Positions 10,484 to 19,130 of a stretch of DNA of 64,000 nucleotides are shown here, in pieces. The position numbers and the translations under genes were made by a program. The stretch covers positions 96,001 to 160,000 of IMG/VR virus record IMGVR_UViG_3300028920_000002; one strand, 5' to 3'. The notes under the pieces were generated by a model. It did not search any database. It saw nothing but the letters and a program-made list of their open reading frames with translations, and was not told where the DNA came from. This DNA is from a virus. Numbering within the stretch: the first letter of the stretch is position 1; each line of letters begins with the position of its first letter.

Positions 10484-10795
10484 ATGACGGAAGAAGTGAA
10501 GAAGGTGCCCGCAGCACCGACCCCGAACAAGGACAACGGCCAGACCACCAAGGAGAGCCTCCCGGTCATCGAGGAGCTCGATAGGCTGAAGCTGGAGAAT
10601 GCCGAGCTTCGGCTGCGCAATCTTGGGATGCAGCACGACCGTCTTCATGAGGACTTGAAGGACTGTCGGGCGCAGATGACCAAACAGGTTCAGGAGCTCG
10701 AGGCATTCAAGGTCCAGCTTCAGGTGAAGTACAAGGTCGACCTCAGCATGTATCAGATGCGTGCCGGCGACGGTGCGCTCATCCCAAAGGGGTAG
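10484..10795 (+). CDS. Coiled-coil hypothetical protein
   Basis: 103-aa ORF with heptad pattern. Confidence 0.6.
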   Translation: MTEEVKKVPAAPTPNKDNGQTTKESLPVIEELDRLKLENAELRLRNLGMQHDRLHEDLKDCRAQMTKQVQELEAFKVQLQVKYKVDLSMYQMRAGDGALIPKG

Positions 10796-10798
10796 CTC

Positions 10799-11830
10799 AT
10801 GGCAGTCAGCATCGTCAGACCCGTCAACCTCAGCTCGGAGGAGCTGCAGCTGGTCGAGCTGCACATCTTCGTGGTTGACGAGGATTGGGTAGGGGACTTT
10901 GACCAAATCGAGGTCTGGCGTTCCAAGACCACGTCCTCGGGCCCATATGAGGAGCTGACTGCCGAGACCTGGCGTTACGCGCGACTCCCCCACGGCGCTG
11001 GTGACATTCCATCCACCCCGGTGACTGGGGCTGACGTCATCGTCGTGGGGTCGGACCTGCAGCTGCGCCTCAACGAGAGGGATGACCTGACCATCCTGTT
11101 CACTGGGACGGACCCCCTGACCCTCACGCAGGTGGCATCCCAGATTGTGGCGGGCGGACTCACCCGGGTGAACAGCTACGTGGACGAAGATGGCCTGCTG
11201 GTCATCGAGACCACTGAGCCCGGAACCGGCGCCCTGCTCCGCATCGTGGGCGGGGAGGCCACCGGCATACTGGGCCTGCCCACCGAGGAGCCGGAGAGCC
11301 TGGCCAACGGCCGGGACCCGCGCATCACCCTCATGCAGGGGACCAGCGAGTACATCTTCAGCGACATCCGCGGCTCTGAGGGCTACTACTACAAGACCAG
11401 GTTCCGAAACAGCTTCAGCCAGGCGGTCAGCGAGTTCTCACAGCCCTTCCCTGTAGGACAGGCCCTTGGCCTCTCGGCCGCTCGGGTGGTCTGCGGGCGG
11501 CTCGACCTGGTGGCCCAGGACGGCAAACCGCTGCGCAACGTGGAGGTCCACGTATTCAACGGCCACAGAGGTCAAATCGTCGATGACAAGCTGGTGGCTG
11601 GCCCGGTCCAATCGCAGCTCAGCGACCGCTCTGGACGCGTGGAGTTTCACCTGGTGCGCGGAATGAGGGCGACCGTGACCATCATGGGCACTGACATCAC
11701 CCGGGATATCGAGGTGCCCTCTGACGAGAACGTCAAGGTTTTCAACCTGCTGGACCCCACAGTTTCAGTAGAGGATGTGTTCACCGTTCAGGTGCCCAAC
11801 ATCGTCTATGCCCAGCGAAGAAGCCTCTGA
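10799..11830 (+). CDS. Putative virion structural protein
   Basis: Acidic and beta-rich, with a TLTQVASQIVAGG...ATGILGL segment typical of tail/baseplate accessory domains (inference). Confidence 0.5.
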   Translation: MAVSIVRPVNLSSEELQLVELHIFVVDEDWVGDFDQIEVWRSKTTSSGPYEELTAETWRYARLPHGAGDIPSTPVTGADVIVVGSDLQLRLNERDDLTILFTGTDPLTLTQVASQIVAGGLTRVNSYVDEDGLLVIETTEPGTGALLRIVGGEATGILGLPTEEPESLANGRDPRITLMQGTSEYIFSDIRGSEGYYYKTRFRNSFSQAVSEFSQPFPVGQALGLSAARVVCGRLDLVAQDGKPLRNVEVHVFNGHRGQIVDDKLVAGPVQSQLSDRSGRVEFHLVRGMRATVTIMGTDITRDIEVPSDENVKVFNLLDPTVSVEDVFTVQVPNIVYAQRRSL

Positions 11831-12065
11831 CGCGCGCATCACCGTAGTCTTCCCCGGAAAGGGCGGGCGTACGGGAATTTGCCCGCTGAGCCACGTCCCT
11901 GGTAAGCGCATCAAGGACTACCTGCGGACCCCTCCTCTCGCAGCACAGGGGCTCGTGGGCATGGTGGCCAAGCGGGGGAAGATGTACACCCGCGGTGGCC
12001 AACGGATTCGTTTTTACTACGTCCCCAATCCCGGAGATGTCATAGTGCTCATTGCTATGGGCTGA
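11808..12065 (+). CDS. Small hypothetical protein
   Basis: Fills the gap between structural genes; start uncertain. Confidence 0.45.
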   Translation: MPSEEASDARITVVFPGKGGRTGICPLSHVPGKRIKDYLRTPPLAAQGLVGMVAKRGKMYTRGGQRIRFYYVPNPGDVIVLIAMG

Positions 12066-12075
12066 AGGAGGGAAG

Positions 12076-12978
12076 ATGTCGGCCTACGAGCAAGTCGATG
12101 TCTACGTCAAAACGAAGGCGGAGCCGAACACACCCGTCGAGGGAGTACTCGTTCGGGTTTACGAGCAAGACGGCTCCCTCATCTTCAGCGAAGCCGCCAC
12201 CGATGCCGACGGTCACGTCGGCTTTCTTTTGTGGTCGGGCAAGACGTACTCTCTGCGCTTCTACAAGTTCCAGGTGGGCTTCACCCAACCTCAGCTCATC
12301 GAGGTGAAGACCGAGGTGATGACGCCCGGGACTACGCCCAACACGTTCGACGTTGAGGCTGAAGTGCTCGAGTTCCCAGTGGCCAACGACTCCCGTTTGT
12401 GCCGGGCGTCTGGCTATTTCCGAGACATCACTGGGGCGCCCTACGCTAACCTAGACATGCACTTTCGTGGGCGTTTCCCCGTAGCTCTACTCGAGGGCTC
12501 TGGAGTGGTGAACGCCACCCGCATCGTGCGTACTGACGATGACGGCTACGCCTGTGTGGACTTAGTGCGCTGCGCGTTGTACGAAGTGACGATGGAGACT
12601 CTCGAGGGTGTGCGCCGCTGCATCAAGGTGCCGGACGCGCCGAGCGTGAATCTGCCAGACCTACTGTTCGCAAAGGTGGAAGCGGTGGGCTTCGAGCCGG
12701 AGGGTCCGTTCCAGTTGACCGTCGGCGGCGAGCTCGAGCTGGTCACCACTGTGGTCGGCACCGACGGGGTGCCCCTGGACGGGCCGGCCATCCAAGACGT
12801 CTTGTGGAAGACCAGCGACAACGGGGTCTTCTCCTTCACCACCACCGCCACGGGCCTGCTCCTTCGGGGCGTGGGTGTTGGGACTGCCGAATTACAGGCA
12901 GAGCGGAAGGATGAGAGCATCGTGAGCATTCCGGCCGCGCCGATATCGGGCGTGCCCATCGCCGTCGTCGTAACGTGA
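12076..12978 (+). CDS. Putative virion structural protein (transthyretin/Ig-like beta domains)
   Basis: PVEGVLVRVY...ATDADGHV and VRTDDDGYA prealbumin-like motifs; C-terminal VLWKTSDNGVF Ig-like segment. The CRASGYFRD...NLDMHF region parallels the C-terminal half of 10799-11830. Confidence 0.55.
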   Translation: MSAYEQVDVYVKTKAEPNTPVEGVLVRVYEQDGSLIFSEAATDADGHVGFLLWSGKTYSLRFYKFQVGFTQPQLIEVKTEVMTPGTTPNTFDVEAEVLEFPVANDSRLCRASGYFRDITGAPYANLDMHFRGRFPVALLEGSGVVNATRIVRTDDDGYACVDLVRCALYEVTMETLEGVRRCIKVPDAPSVNLPDLLFAKVEAVGFEPEGPFQLTVGGELELVTTVVGTDGVPLDGPAIQDVLWKTSDNGVFSFTTTATGLLLRGVGVGTAELQAERKDESIVSIPAAPISGVPIAVVVT

Positions 12979-13637
12979 CCGCCTCTGCCGCCGCCTCCGC
13001 CGTGTACACGCTCTCCGCTCTGCTGGAGGTGCAGGTGGAGGCTCTGGCGCTGGGGGCGCCTGTGCGGCCCATCCTGGCCGCCACGATGGCAGCGCTCGAG
13101 GCCACCCTGGGGAGCCTGTCGTCGCCCCCACCGCCTCCTGTGGCGCCCCTGGTGCCCGAGGAGATGCCTCTCAGCGCCTGGGACCCCGAGCCGCACGACG
13201 TGGTCATGGAGGCCAGCAAGTGCCGTGCACTGCTACTGGAAATTGTCCGGCGGGCCGCCCACGACTGGGTCTTGTATCGGCTCAGCAAGAAGATGACCGA
13301 GCTCGAGCTCGCGGAGGACGCCTACGTCTGGATGTTCGAGGAGGACCCGGCCCATTCTTGGGCGCGCCGTCGGGAGGGCACACCCAAGATGCTCACCAGC
13401 TTCCTGACCATCTGTGAGCTGCTGGACCTCAACCCGCGGGTGGTGCGGGAGCGCGTCAAGAAGATGACGGTCAAGAGCATCATGACCGCCGGCAGGCCCG
13501 CCGAGCGTCGGCGGCAGTACCGGGACGAGCCGGCACGCGTGGAGGACTACTCCTTGGTGGATGGCATGAGCGTGCCGCCTGAGGACGAGTCCGACTACCG
13601 CACGTCCTACGAGGCTCACTTCGCCATCGGAATGTAG
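12975..13637 (+). CDS. Conserved phage hypothetical protein
   Basis: LLLEIVRRAAHDW...AYVWMFE...SFLTICELLDLNP resembles a common phage helical family; start uncertain. Confidence 0.55.
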   Translation: MTASAAASAVYTLSALLEVQVEALALGAPVRPILAATMAALEATLGSLSSPPPPPVAPLVPEEMPLSAWDPEPHDVVMEASKCRALLLEIVRRAAHDWVLYRLSKKMTELELAEDAYVWMFEEDPAHSWARRREGTPKMLTSFLTICELLDLNPRVVRERVKKMTVKSIMTAGRPAERRRQYRDEPARVEDYSLVDGMSVPPEDESDYRTSYEAHFAIGM

Positions 13638-13648
13638 GGCTAGCGAAA

Positions 13649-13668
13649 CGGCCGGTTTGCACCGGCCG
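13649..13668. terminator. Hairpin between convergent genes
   Basis: CGGCCGG-TTTGCA-CCGGCCG; on the minus strand it is followed by TTTCGCTAGC. Confidence 0.55.
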
Positions 13669-13673
13669 CCTCG

Positions 13674-13901
13674 CTAATTCATGAGGCGGTGCCGCTCCTG
13701 GTAGAGTCTCTCGAGCGCGTCGTTGACGGCCTCCACGGTAGAGGCTCCGTAACCGTTGAAGGTCTTCTGCTGCATCAAGTCCTGAAGCGGTTGGTGCACC
13801 AAACCGCCGGCGAGTCTGCCTACGCCCATGGCGATGTTCTCGTCAGCGAGTCTCTTCATCAGCTCGCCGTAGGTCATCATCGGGTCAGCTCGAACGGTCA
13901 T
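13674..13901 (-). CDS. Small hypothetical protein
   Basis: AAGGAG SD; promoter motif at 13954. Confidence 0.6.
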   Translation of the reverse strand: MTVRADPMMTYGELMKRLADENIAMGVGRLAGGLVHQPLQDLMQQKTFNGYGASTVEAVNDALERLYQERHRLMN

Positions 13902-14005
13902 GCGGTCACATTAGCTCCTTTCCGTGGTGGAACGGTAGGGTCCACCACTCTTGTTATTCCGCAACGCGCTCTCTTTCTGCGGCATAAGAGCGACGGAGGA
14001 AGACT

Positions 14006-14215
14006 ATGGTCGACAAGAAGAAGCGTGCGAAGAAGACCTCGAAGATTGAGGTCAGCCACAAGCAGTGGGCGGAGTACAAGAGTGCTCTGCACTGCATTCA
14101 AGACATCTGTGCGCTGCTCTACGACGAGGAGGGCGAGGAGCTCGGCGACGTCAGTGGCGCAGACTTCCTGCAGGAGGTCGATACCTACCTGCGCAACTAC
14201 GGGTTCGTGAAGTGA
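14006..14215 (+). CDS. Small hypothetical protein
   Basis: GGAGG SD; promoter motif at 13979-13987. Confidence 0.6.
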   Translation: MVDKKKRAKKTSKIEVSHKQWAEYKSALHCIQDICALLYDEEGEELGDVSGADFLQEVDTYLRNYGFVK

Positions 14216-14412
14216 CCATCTTCAGCAACGAGACCCACAAGCTGTACGTCATCAGCGTGCAGAAACAAGAAGTAGTGCAGCTCGCCAAGAGATGGGCGGA
14301 GCAAGGCTCCCGGAGTAAGTGGAGTACCGGGCCCTCTCTGGCTCTCTACGACGCCGTGCAAGAGCTGGTCGAATTGGAGGAAGCCGATGTTTCTACTAGC
14401 AACCGTGAATGA
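14212..14412 (+). CDS. Small hypothetical protein
   Basis: GTGA start/stop overlap with the previous gene. Confidence 0.5.
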   Translation: MTIFSNETHKLYVISVQKQEVVQLAKRWAEQGSRSKWSTGPSLALYDAVQELVELEEADVSTSNRE

Positions 14413-14803
14413 CCCACATGAGCTGGGCCCGATGTTTCTCTGCGCGGAGCTCGACGAGCGACATGTCAAAGACATCAAGCGCAGACATGAGCATTTCATG
14501 CAGACGAAGGGGGTCGATGAGGACCTGGCCTACGTCGAGTACAACGATGATGCTGCGTTCTACTACTCTGTCCCCATCAGCGGGGATGTAGAGCGCGGTG
14601 AGGTGGAAGACCTGCTCTACGACAAGGGGTACGTCGAGGTGCCTCAGGTTGCTACGGAGGGGGCCGAGCAGGTTGAAGTGTATGGCTTGCGTCTAGTCAT
14701 CAGCGAAGACACCTTCTTCTGGAGTGCCTATGTCAAGCACACTGCATGCGAGGTGAGCTCTCAGGACATCTATTTCAAGACGTGGGGAGGGAAGGATGCT
14801 TGA
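14387..14803 (+). CDS. Acidic hypothetical protein
   Basis: GGAGG SD; 138 aa. Confidence 0.6.
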   Translation: MFLLATVNDPHELGPMFLCAELDERHVKDIKRRHEHFMQTKGVDEDLAYVEYNDDAAFYYSVPISGDVERGEVEDLLYDKGYVEVPQVATEGAEQVEVYGLRLVISEDTFFWSAYVKHTACEVSSQDIYFKTWGGKDA

Positions 14804-15473
14804 ACAGTCCTATCTCACCCGTCCACTGGTGAGCCCCGATGACCGCTTCTTCGGAGAGACGCCTAAGCATGAAGGTCTGCCACAGGAGACGGTGTTCAAG
14901 AAGGGGGCGTTTGCGCTCCAACTGTGCGAACGACGTAGCGGCAAGTCCATGCTCGCAGAAGCGATGTCGTCACACATCCGGGACAAGCTTCGGGAGCAGG
15001 AATTCGCCCGCAAGATTCTGCCGGTAGAGGTGACTGGCGTCGATGTCTCTGGCAGCATGACGCGAGAGCTACTCGAGCTCCCTTCAGGTACCAGGAGCGG
15101 TCGAGTCAGCTCTGGCTCGCTCAATCTGCAGAATGTCCTGAAGGTGGACGTGCCGGCGAGCTATCAGTCGAAGCTGTACCACCTCGATGCCCCGCTGAAG
15201 GCGCAGCGCCTCATCATGAACAAGGCGGACTACGACGACATCCTCACCTGGTCTCAGAAGGCTGCGAGGCAGAACGCCAAGCTCATCAACTTTGGGTTGG
15301 CCTACGGCGCTTCCCCGAAGCAGGTGGCTGACGCCATCTATCACGGAGGGAAGACCGCTACTCGCTTTCTCGAGGACGCGTACTTCCACGGTCCGAAGTA
15401 CGTGCTCAAAGCACCTGCCATCACCAAGGAAGACCGCAAGGCATATCAACACGGAGGAGATGATGACGCATGA
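14796..15473 (+). CDS. Mosaic hypothetical protein containing a PolA motif-B-like segment
   Basis: RQNAKLINFGLAYG; no PolA motif A or C. Confidence 0.55.
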   Translation: MLEQSYLTRPLVSPDDRFFGETPKHEGLPQETVFKKGAFALQLCERRSGKSMLAEAMSSHIRDKLREQEFARKILPVEVTGVDVSGSMTRELLELPSGTRSGRVSSGSLNLQNVLKVDVPASYQSKLYHLDAPLKAQRLIMNKADYDDILTWSQKAARQNAKLINFGLAYGASPKQVADAIYHGGKTATRFLEDAYFHGPKYVLKAPAITKEDRKAYQHGGDDDA

Positions 15474-16593
15474 GTGGGATGGTCGGGGCAAGTCACCCTG
15501 GCTGTACGCAAAGAGCGCTGGTGGCGCCATCAACGTCTGGCGCTGTTGGACTGAGGCGCACGAAGTTGTAGTCGAATGGGGTCAGGAGCACGGTGCCATG
15601 CAGACCGCACGCTTCGAGTGCGAGGGCAAGAACGCTGGCAAGAAGAACGAGACCTCATCGGCAGAGCAGGCCGTCAAGGAGGCCATCGCCAAGTTCAAGA
15701 AGCAGCGCAAGAAGAAGTACTTCCTGTCTTCAGAAGAGGCGAGCACGACGCTCAACATCAAGCCAATGCTGGCCAAGTCGTTCAAGGACCGGAGGGGCAA
15801 GGTGACCTACCCTGCCTACATCCAACCCAAGTTCGATGGCGTGCGTTGCTTCGCCTATCGACCGAATGGGCACAAGAGCTCGGTCATCCTCCAGTCTCGA
15901 GGCGGCGACCCCTACGACGTGGAGCACATTCGAGAAGAGCTGGAGGCGGTGTTGCGTGGAGACACGGTGCTCGACGGCGAGCTGTACATCCACGGCACCA
16001 GCTTGCAGAACATCACCTCGTTGGTGAAGCGTCCCCAACCGGGGAGCATCAAGCTGCAGTTTCACGTCTACGATGTCACCAGTCTGAAAAGCGGAGGCGC
16101 ACAGAGACTACCGTGGCACCAACGTGAGCAGTTGCTGCGCGACTGGTTTCACTACCACAATCGCTTGTTCTACTGTCATTACGTTCGCAGTTGGATTGTG
16201 GACAATGAGCAGCAGGTCAAGGAACATCACGACCGCTTTGTGCAAGGTGGCTACGAAGGTGCCATCATTCGCGCGCAGGATGGCGTCTACAAGTTCGGCC
16301 ACCGTAGCTCGGACCTACTCAAGTACAAGGACTTCCAGGACGCCGAGTTCCCCATCGTCAGCTTCACTACCGGTAAGGGTAAGTTCGCCAACGTGCCCAT
16401 CTTTCGGTGTACTACTGGCGAGGGGAGGGAGTTCGACGTGGCGCCGAAGGGCACCGACGCCGAGCGCGCCGAGATGCTCCGCAATGCGCACAGGCTCATT
16501 GGGGCCCAGCTCACCGTGCGCTTCTTCGATTGGACCGACGACCGCGTGCCCCACTTCCCGGTGGGTGTGTGCATCAGGGAGCCAGGAACGTGA
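15463..16593 (+). CDS. ATP-dependent DNA ligase with an N-terminal WGR-like domain
   Basis: KPMLA, motif I QPKFDG, LDGELY, FHVYD, YEGAIIR, RSSDLLKYK and an OB-fold tail. Confidence 0.93.
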   Translation: MTHEWDGRGKSPWLYAKSAGGAINVWRCWTEAHEVVVEWGQEHGAMQTARFECEGKNAGKKNETSSAEQAVKEAIAKFKKQRKKKYFLSSEEASTTLNIKPMLAKSFKDRRGKVTYPAYIQPKFDGVRCFAYRPNGHKSSVILQSRGGDPYDVEHIREELEAVLRGDTVLDGELYIHGTSLQNITSLVKRPQPGSIKLQFHVYDVTSLKSGGAQRLPWHQREQLLRDWFHYHNRLFYCHYVRSWIVDNEQQVKEHHDRFVQGGYEGAIIRAQDGVYKFGHRSSDLLKYKDFQDAEFPIVSFTTGKGKFANVPIFRCTTGEGREFDVAPKGTDAERAEMLRNAHRLIGAQLTVRFFDWTDDRVPHFPVGVCIREPGT

Positions 16594-16605
16594 AGGTCGT
16601 CTGAG

Positions 16606-17022
16606 ATGAACGAAATGGCGGAGAAGTTGGAGAAGATGTCCAACGACCTAGACGAGTTGGGTTTTCCGACGAAGGTGAAGATGGATGTAGACGCAGCTGA
16701 AGGTGTGTACCTGGTGTTCGCAAAGATACGGGCGCCCAACGGCACACTACTCGAGGTGTACGTGGAGCTGGACCAAGAGAAGGGCCGCAAGCTCTTCAGC
16801 GAGCTCACCGCCCAGCAGCTGTTGGAGGGTCAGCCCGTGCTGCCGCCCGGCATGCGGCGCTACACCCCGGCGCCGCCCGCGGGTGAGGTACACCTCACCG
16901 GTGATGTACACATCAAGGACGGAGACGTCCTGGAGCTCAAGGAGGGCGAGGCCCACATCGTGGACGCCAGGGGCAACCGCTTCAAGGTCAGCTCGGACAA
17001 CAAGCTGAAGATTATGACTTGA
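16606..17022 (+). CDS. Hypothetical protein
   Basis: 138-aa ORF ending just before a terminator. Confidence 0.6.
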   Translation: MNEMAEKLEKMSNDLDELGFPTKVKMDVDAAEGVYLVFAKIRAPNGTLLEVYVELDQEKGRKLFSELTAQQLLEGQPVLPPGMRRYTPAPPAGEVHLTGDVHIKDGDVLELKEGEAHIVDARGNRFKVSSDNKLKIMT

Positions 17023-17029
17023 GGCTACA

Positions 17030-17066
17030 GAAAGCGCACCCGAGGGCGCGCTTTCCTAGCCCTCAA
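17030..17066 (+). terminator. Intrinsic terminator
   Basis: GAAAGCGC...GCGCTTTC hairpin followed by CTAGCCCTCAAT. Confidence 0.6.
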
Positions 17067-17094
17067 TTGTCGTGCCCGAACCGAGGGCTAAAAG

Positions 17095-17410
17095 ACGAAC
17101 GCCGCAACCCAGAGGTCACGGCGCCCGCCCCAAGGAGACGAACTTCAGAGTCGGCGAGAGGATGACAAGGGCTGATGTTTCAACGCTGAGTGCTTGATGC
17201 TCAGTGCTGAGGGCTGCCCTGACTGAGGGCTGAGAGCTGCCTGCTTCCATCCCGCTTCTACGCCGAAGCTCCACGAGACGTCGGTGTCGGAACCGATATG
17301 AGTCAGGTCTTCTCATGTTTCACCTTAACAAGGTGAGTGCCCTTTGCCGGGGCGGCGGTACTTGACGTTGTACCCACGCCTCTCGCTCCCTCGTCCGTCC
17401 GTTCCAAGGT
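17095..17410 (-). ncRNA. Putative ncRNA trailer of the DIP1984-like gene, with heptamer TCAG repeats
   Basis: Gap with no credible ORF; about 10 imperfect T(C/G)AGCMC units at 17165-17237; hairpin CACCT-TGTTA-AGGTG. Confidence 0.45.
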
Positions 17411-17411
17411 C

Positions 17412-18008
17412 CTAGACCAGCGTTGTGTGATTCGCTGCTTCGAGCAACGCGTTGAGCTGGTCGAAGGCGGACTGCGCCTTCTCGAGCGCCTCGGTGGCGT
17501 CGTTGATGGTGACCTCGCTGACCACCGAGTACTTTTCGGTGGCGGGCACGCGCTCCGGGCGCTTCCGACCCTTGTCGTCAGCCACCATCTGAATCTTGGT
17601 GGTCTCACGCTCCAGGTTGGTGATGCGCTTGGCCCGGATGCCGTTCTGCCCGTAGCGGGCCTCGTCGTCGGTGGTCGCCGTGTCGAGCAGCGCCTTGTTG
17701 CTGGCGCAGGCACCCTTCAACTCGGCCAGGACGCGCAGGCATCGAGCCAGCGTCATCTTCTTGCCGTTGTAGGTGACGTGGGCCTTACCATTGGCCTCGG
17801 CGATGCGCGCTGCCAGGTCCACCAGCTCTTCACGAAGCGGCGTCACCTTGGACAAGCACTGCGTGTACGAGAACGCAGGTTCCTTGCCTTTCTCGTAGAC
17901 CACGGAAGCAGCCAGGCGCGTCTGCCACGTCTGCAGCTCACCCTTGATGCGGGAGATGCGACGGAGGGCCTGGGAGACGGTCATCTTCTTGGAAGTCTTT
18001 GGTGCCAT
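17412..18008 (-). CDS. DIP1984-like long helical-hairpin protein
   Basis: MTVSQALRRISRIKGELQ...ELVDLAARIAEAN...MTLARCL...FDQLNALLEAANHTTLV matches the family pattern as I recall it; AAAGGAG SD. Confidence 0.7.
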   Translation of the reverse strand: MAPKTSKKMTVSQALRRISRIKGELQTWQTRLAASVVYEKGKEPAFSYTQCLSKVTPLREELVDLAARIAEANGKAHVTYNGKKMTLARCLRVLAELKGACASNKALLDTATTDDEARYGQNGIRAKRITNLERETTKIQMVADDKGRKRPERVPATEKYSVVSEVTINDATEALEKAQSAFDQLNALLEAANHTTLV

Positions 18009-18087
18009 GTGAATGCTCCTTTTCCAGTCCACAGTCGTTATCCCCACAATCGGTACGTTTTTGCAGCTAACAGAGAGGAGCTTGCGC

Positions 18088-18549
18088 TCAACTCTCTGCC
18101 CCCAGCTCACGGCACTGAGGGAACTTCTTCACGACGGCCATCCAGATGCGCTTCAGCGCCCGCCTCTCGTCCGGGTCTTGCACCGGGTTCTCATCTTCGT
18201 CGTAGGCTTGGTTGTCGATGAGCCAGTACGAGAAGTCGTCGACCCCGTCGTCCTCCGGCCAGAACGGATGAGCGCTGACGTAGTAACCGCCGGCCTCACG
18301 CGTGGCGCGATAGAGACACAGTTCGAGACCACCGGGAGCCTTCAGGTCGACGCAGTGGACCGGGGGCTTCTCGTTCTTGTAGTCGTCGATGACCCCGTGG
18401 GGGTACTGGCTCAACTCGCAGAGCTCTGCAGCGTCCACGATGGCGAGGCACAGCCGCAGCTTCTCTTCGAGGGTGGGCTCCCCGCGCTGCACCAGGAACC
18501 ACTTTTTCCGAACGTCCTGCACCAGTTGCGGTGTGAGGTTTTCTTGCAT
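18088..18549 (-). CDS. Hypothetical protein
   Basis: AAGGAG SD before MQENLTPQ; promoter motif at 18573. Confidence 0.6.
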   Translation of the reverse strand: MQENLTPQLVQDVRKKWFLVQRGEPTLEEKLRLCLAIVDAAELCELSQYPHGVIDDYKNEKPPVHCVDLKAPGGLELCLYRATREAGGYYVSAHPFWPEDDGVDDFSYWLIDNQAYDEDENPVQDPDERRALKRIWMAVVKKFPQCRELGAES

Positions 18550-18717
18550 CGTGCTCTCCTTTTCCGTCTCTGTTATCCCTGAAAAGTCACCGTCTTTTCC
18601 GGGGACGGTTGGCAGCACGTTCTCTGACAGATAGACTTCTGCCTATGTTCTTCGCCCACCTCCGTCAGTGGCTCGGCATAGGCGCGCGGGTTGCGCCCGC
18701 CAGCAACGGAGGACTGC

Positions 18718-18909
18718 ATGCATCACAAGCGAGGGAAGCCGAAGAACGCGCGGGCCGGTTGCCTGCTCTGCAAGCCGCACAAGGCCAATGGCGTTGGCAA
18801 GCTCAACCAGGCCAAGCCCAGTCTGCGCAGGACCCTGCAGGAAGACTATGGAGGAAGGGCCCAGAAGGGCTGGAAGTTCACCCTCAACAAAGGTGGCATC
18901 CCCGGATAG
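18718..18909 (+). CDS. Small basic CxxC protein (63 aa)
   Basis: GGAGG SD; MHHKRGKPKNARAGCLLCKPHK. Confidence 0.6.
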   Translation: MHHKRGKPKNARAGCLLCKPHKANGVGKLNQAKPSLRRTLQEDYGGRAQKGWKFTLNKGGIPG

Positions 18910-18912
18910 GGG

Positions 18913-18940
18913 TTGACAGGCTCGAACGGCTGGTTAGGCT
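18913..18940 (+). promoter_or_regulatory. Host sigma70-type promoter for the tRNA-Pth2 unit
   Basis: TTGACA-16 nt-TAGGCT. Confidence 0.55.
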
Positions 18941-19051
18941 AACGAACATGACCTGTCGACTTTGACAGTCAGACCGCTTCGGCGGGTATCCAGAGAGCCC
19001 TAGACGCTGCCATCAAGGCTCGGCAACAGCGTCCAGGGCTTTCTTGCATTT

Positions 19052-19126
19052 GCGGGTGTACCTCAGCTGGCAGAGGGCCGGGCGTAAAGAACCCGGACGT
19101 CGGTGGTTCGAGCCCATCCACCCGCG
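19052..19126 (+). tRNA. tRNA gene with a 9-nt anticodon loop (CGTAAAGAA); identity undetermined; no encoded CCA
   Basis: Acceptor GCGGGTG/CACCCGC, D CCTC/GAGG, anticodon stem CCGGG/CCCGG, 5-nt variable loop, T GGTGG-TTCGAGC-CCATC, discriminator G then CTA. Confidence 0.85.
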
Positions 19127-19130
19127 CTAG

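Noticed and set aside
14796-15473. DNA polymerase I gene
   Set aside because: Only a motif-B-like segment is present; motifs A and C and the required length are missing.
17116-17316. 66-aa minus-strand ORF over the TCAG repeats
   Set aside because: No clear SD and no recognisable motif; the repeat period of 7 does not fit codon structure, so a non-coding role is preferred (not excluded).
17337-18221. 294-aa plus-strand ORF
   Set aside because: Antisense shadow of the DIP1984-like gene; typical GC-rich artefact.
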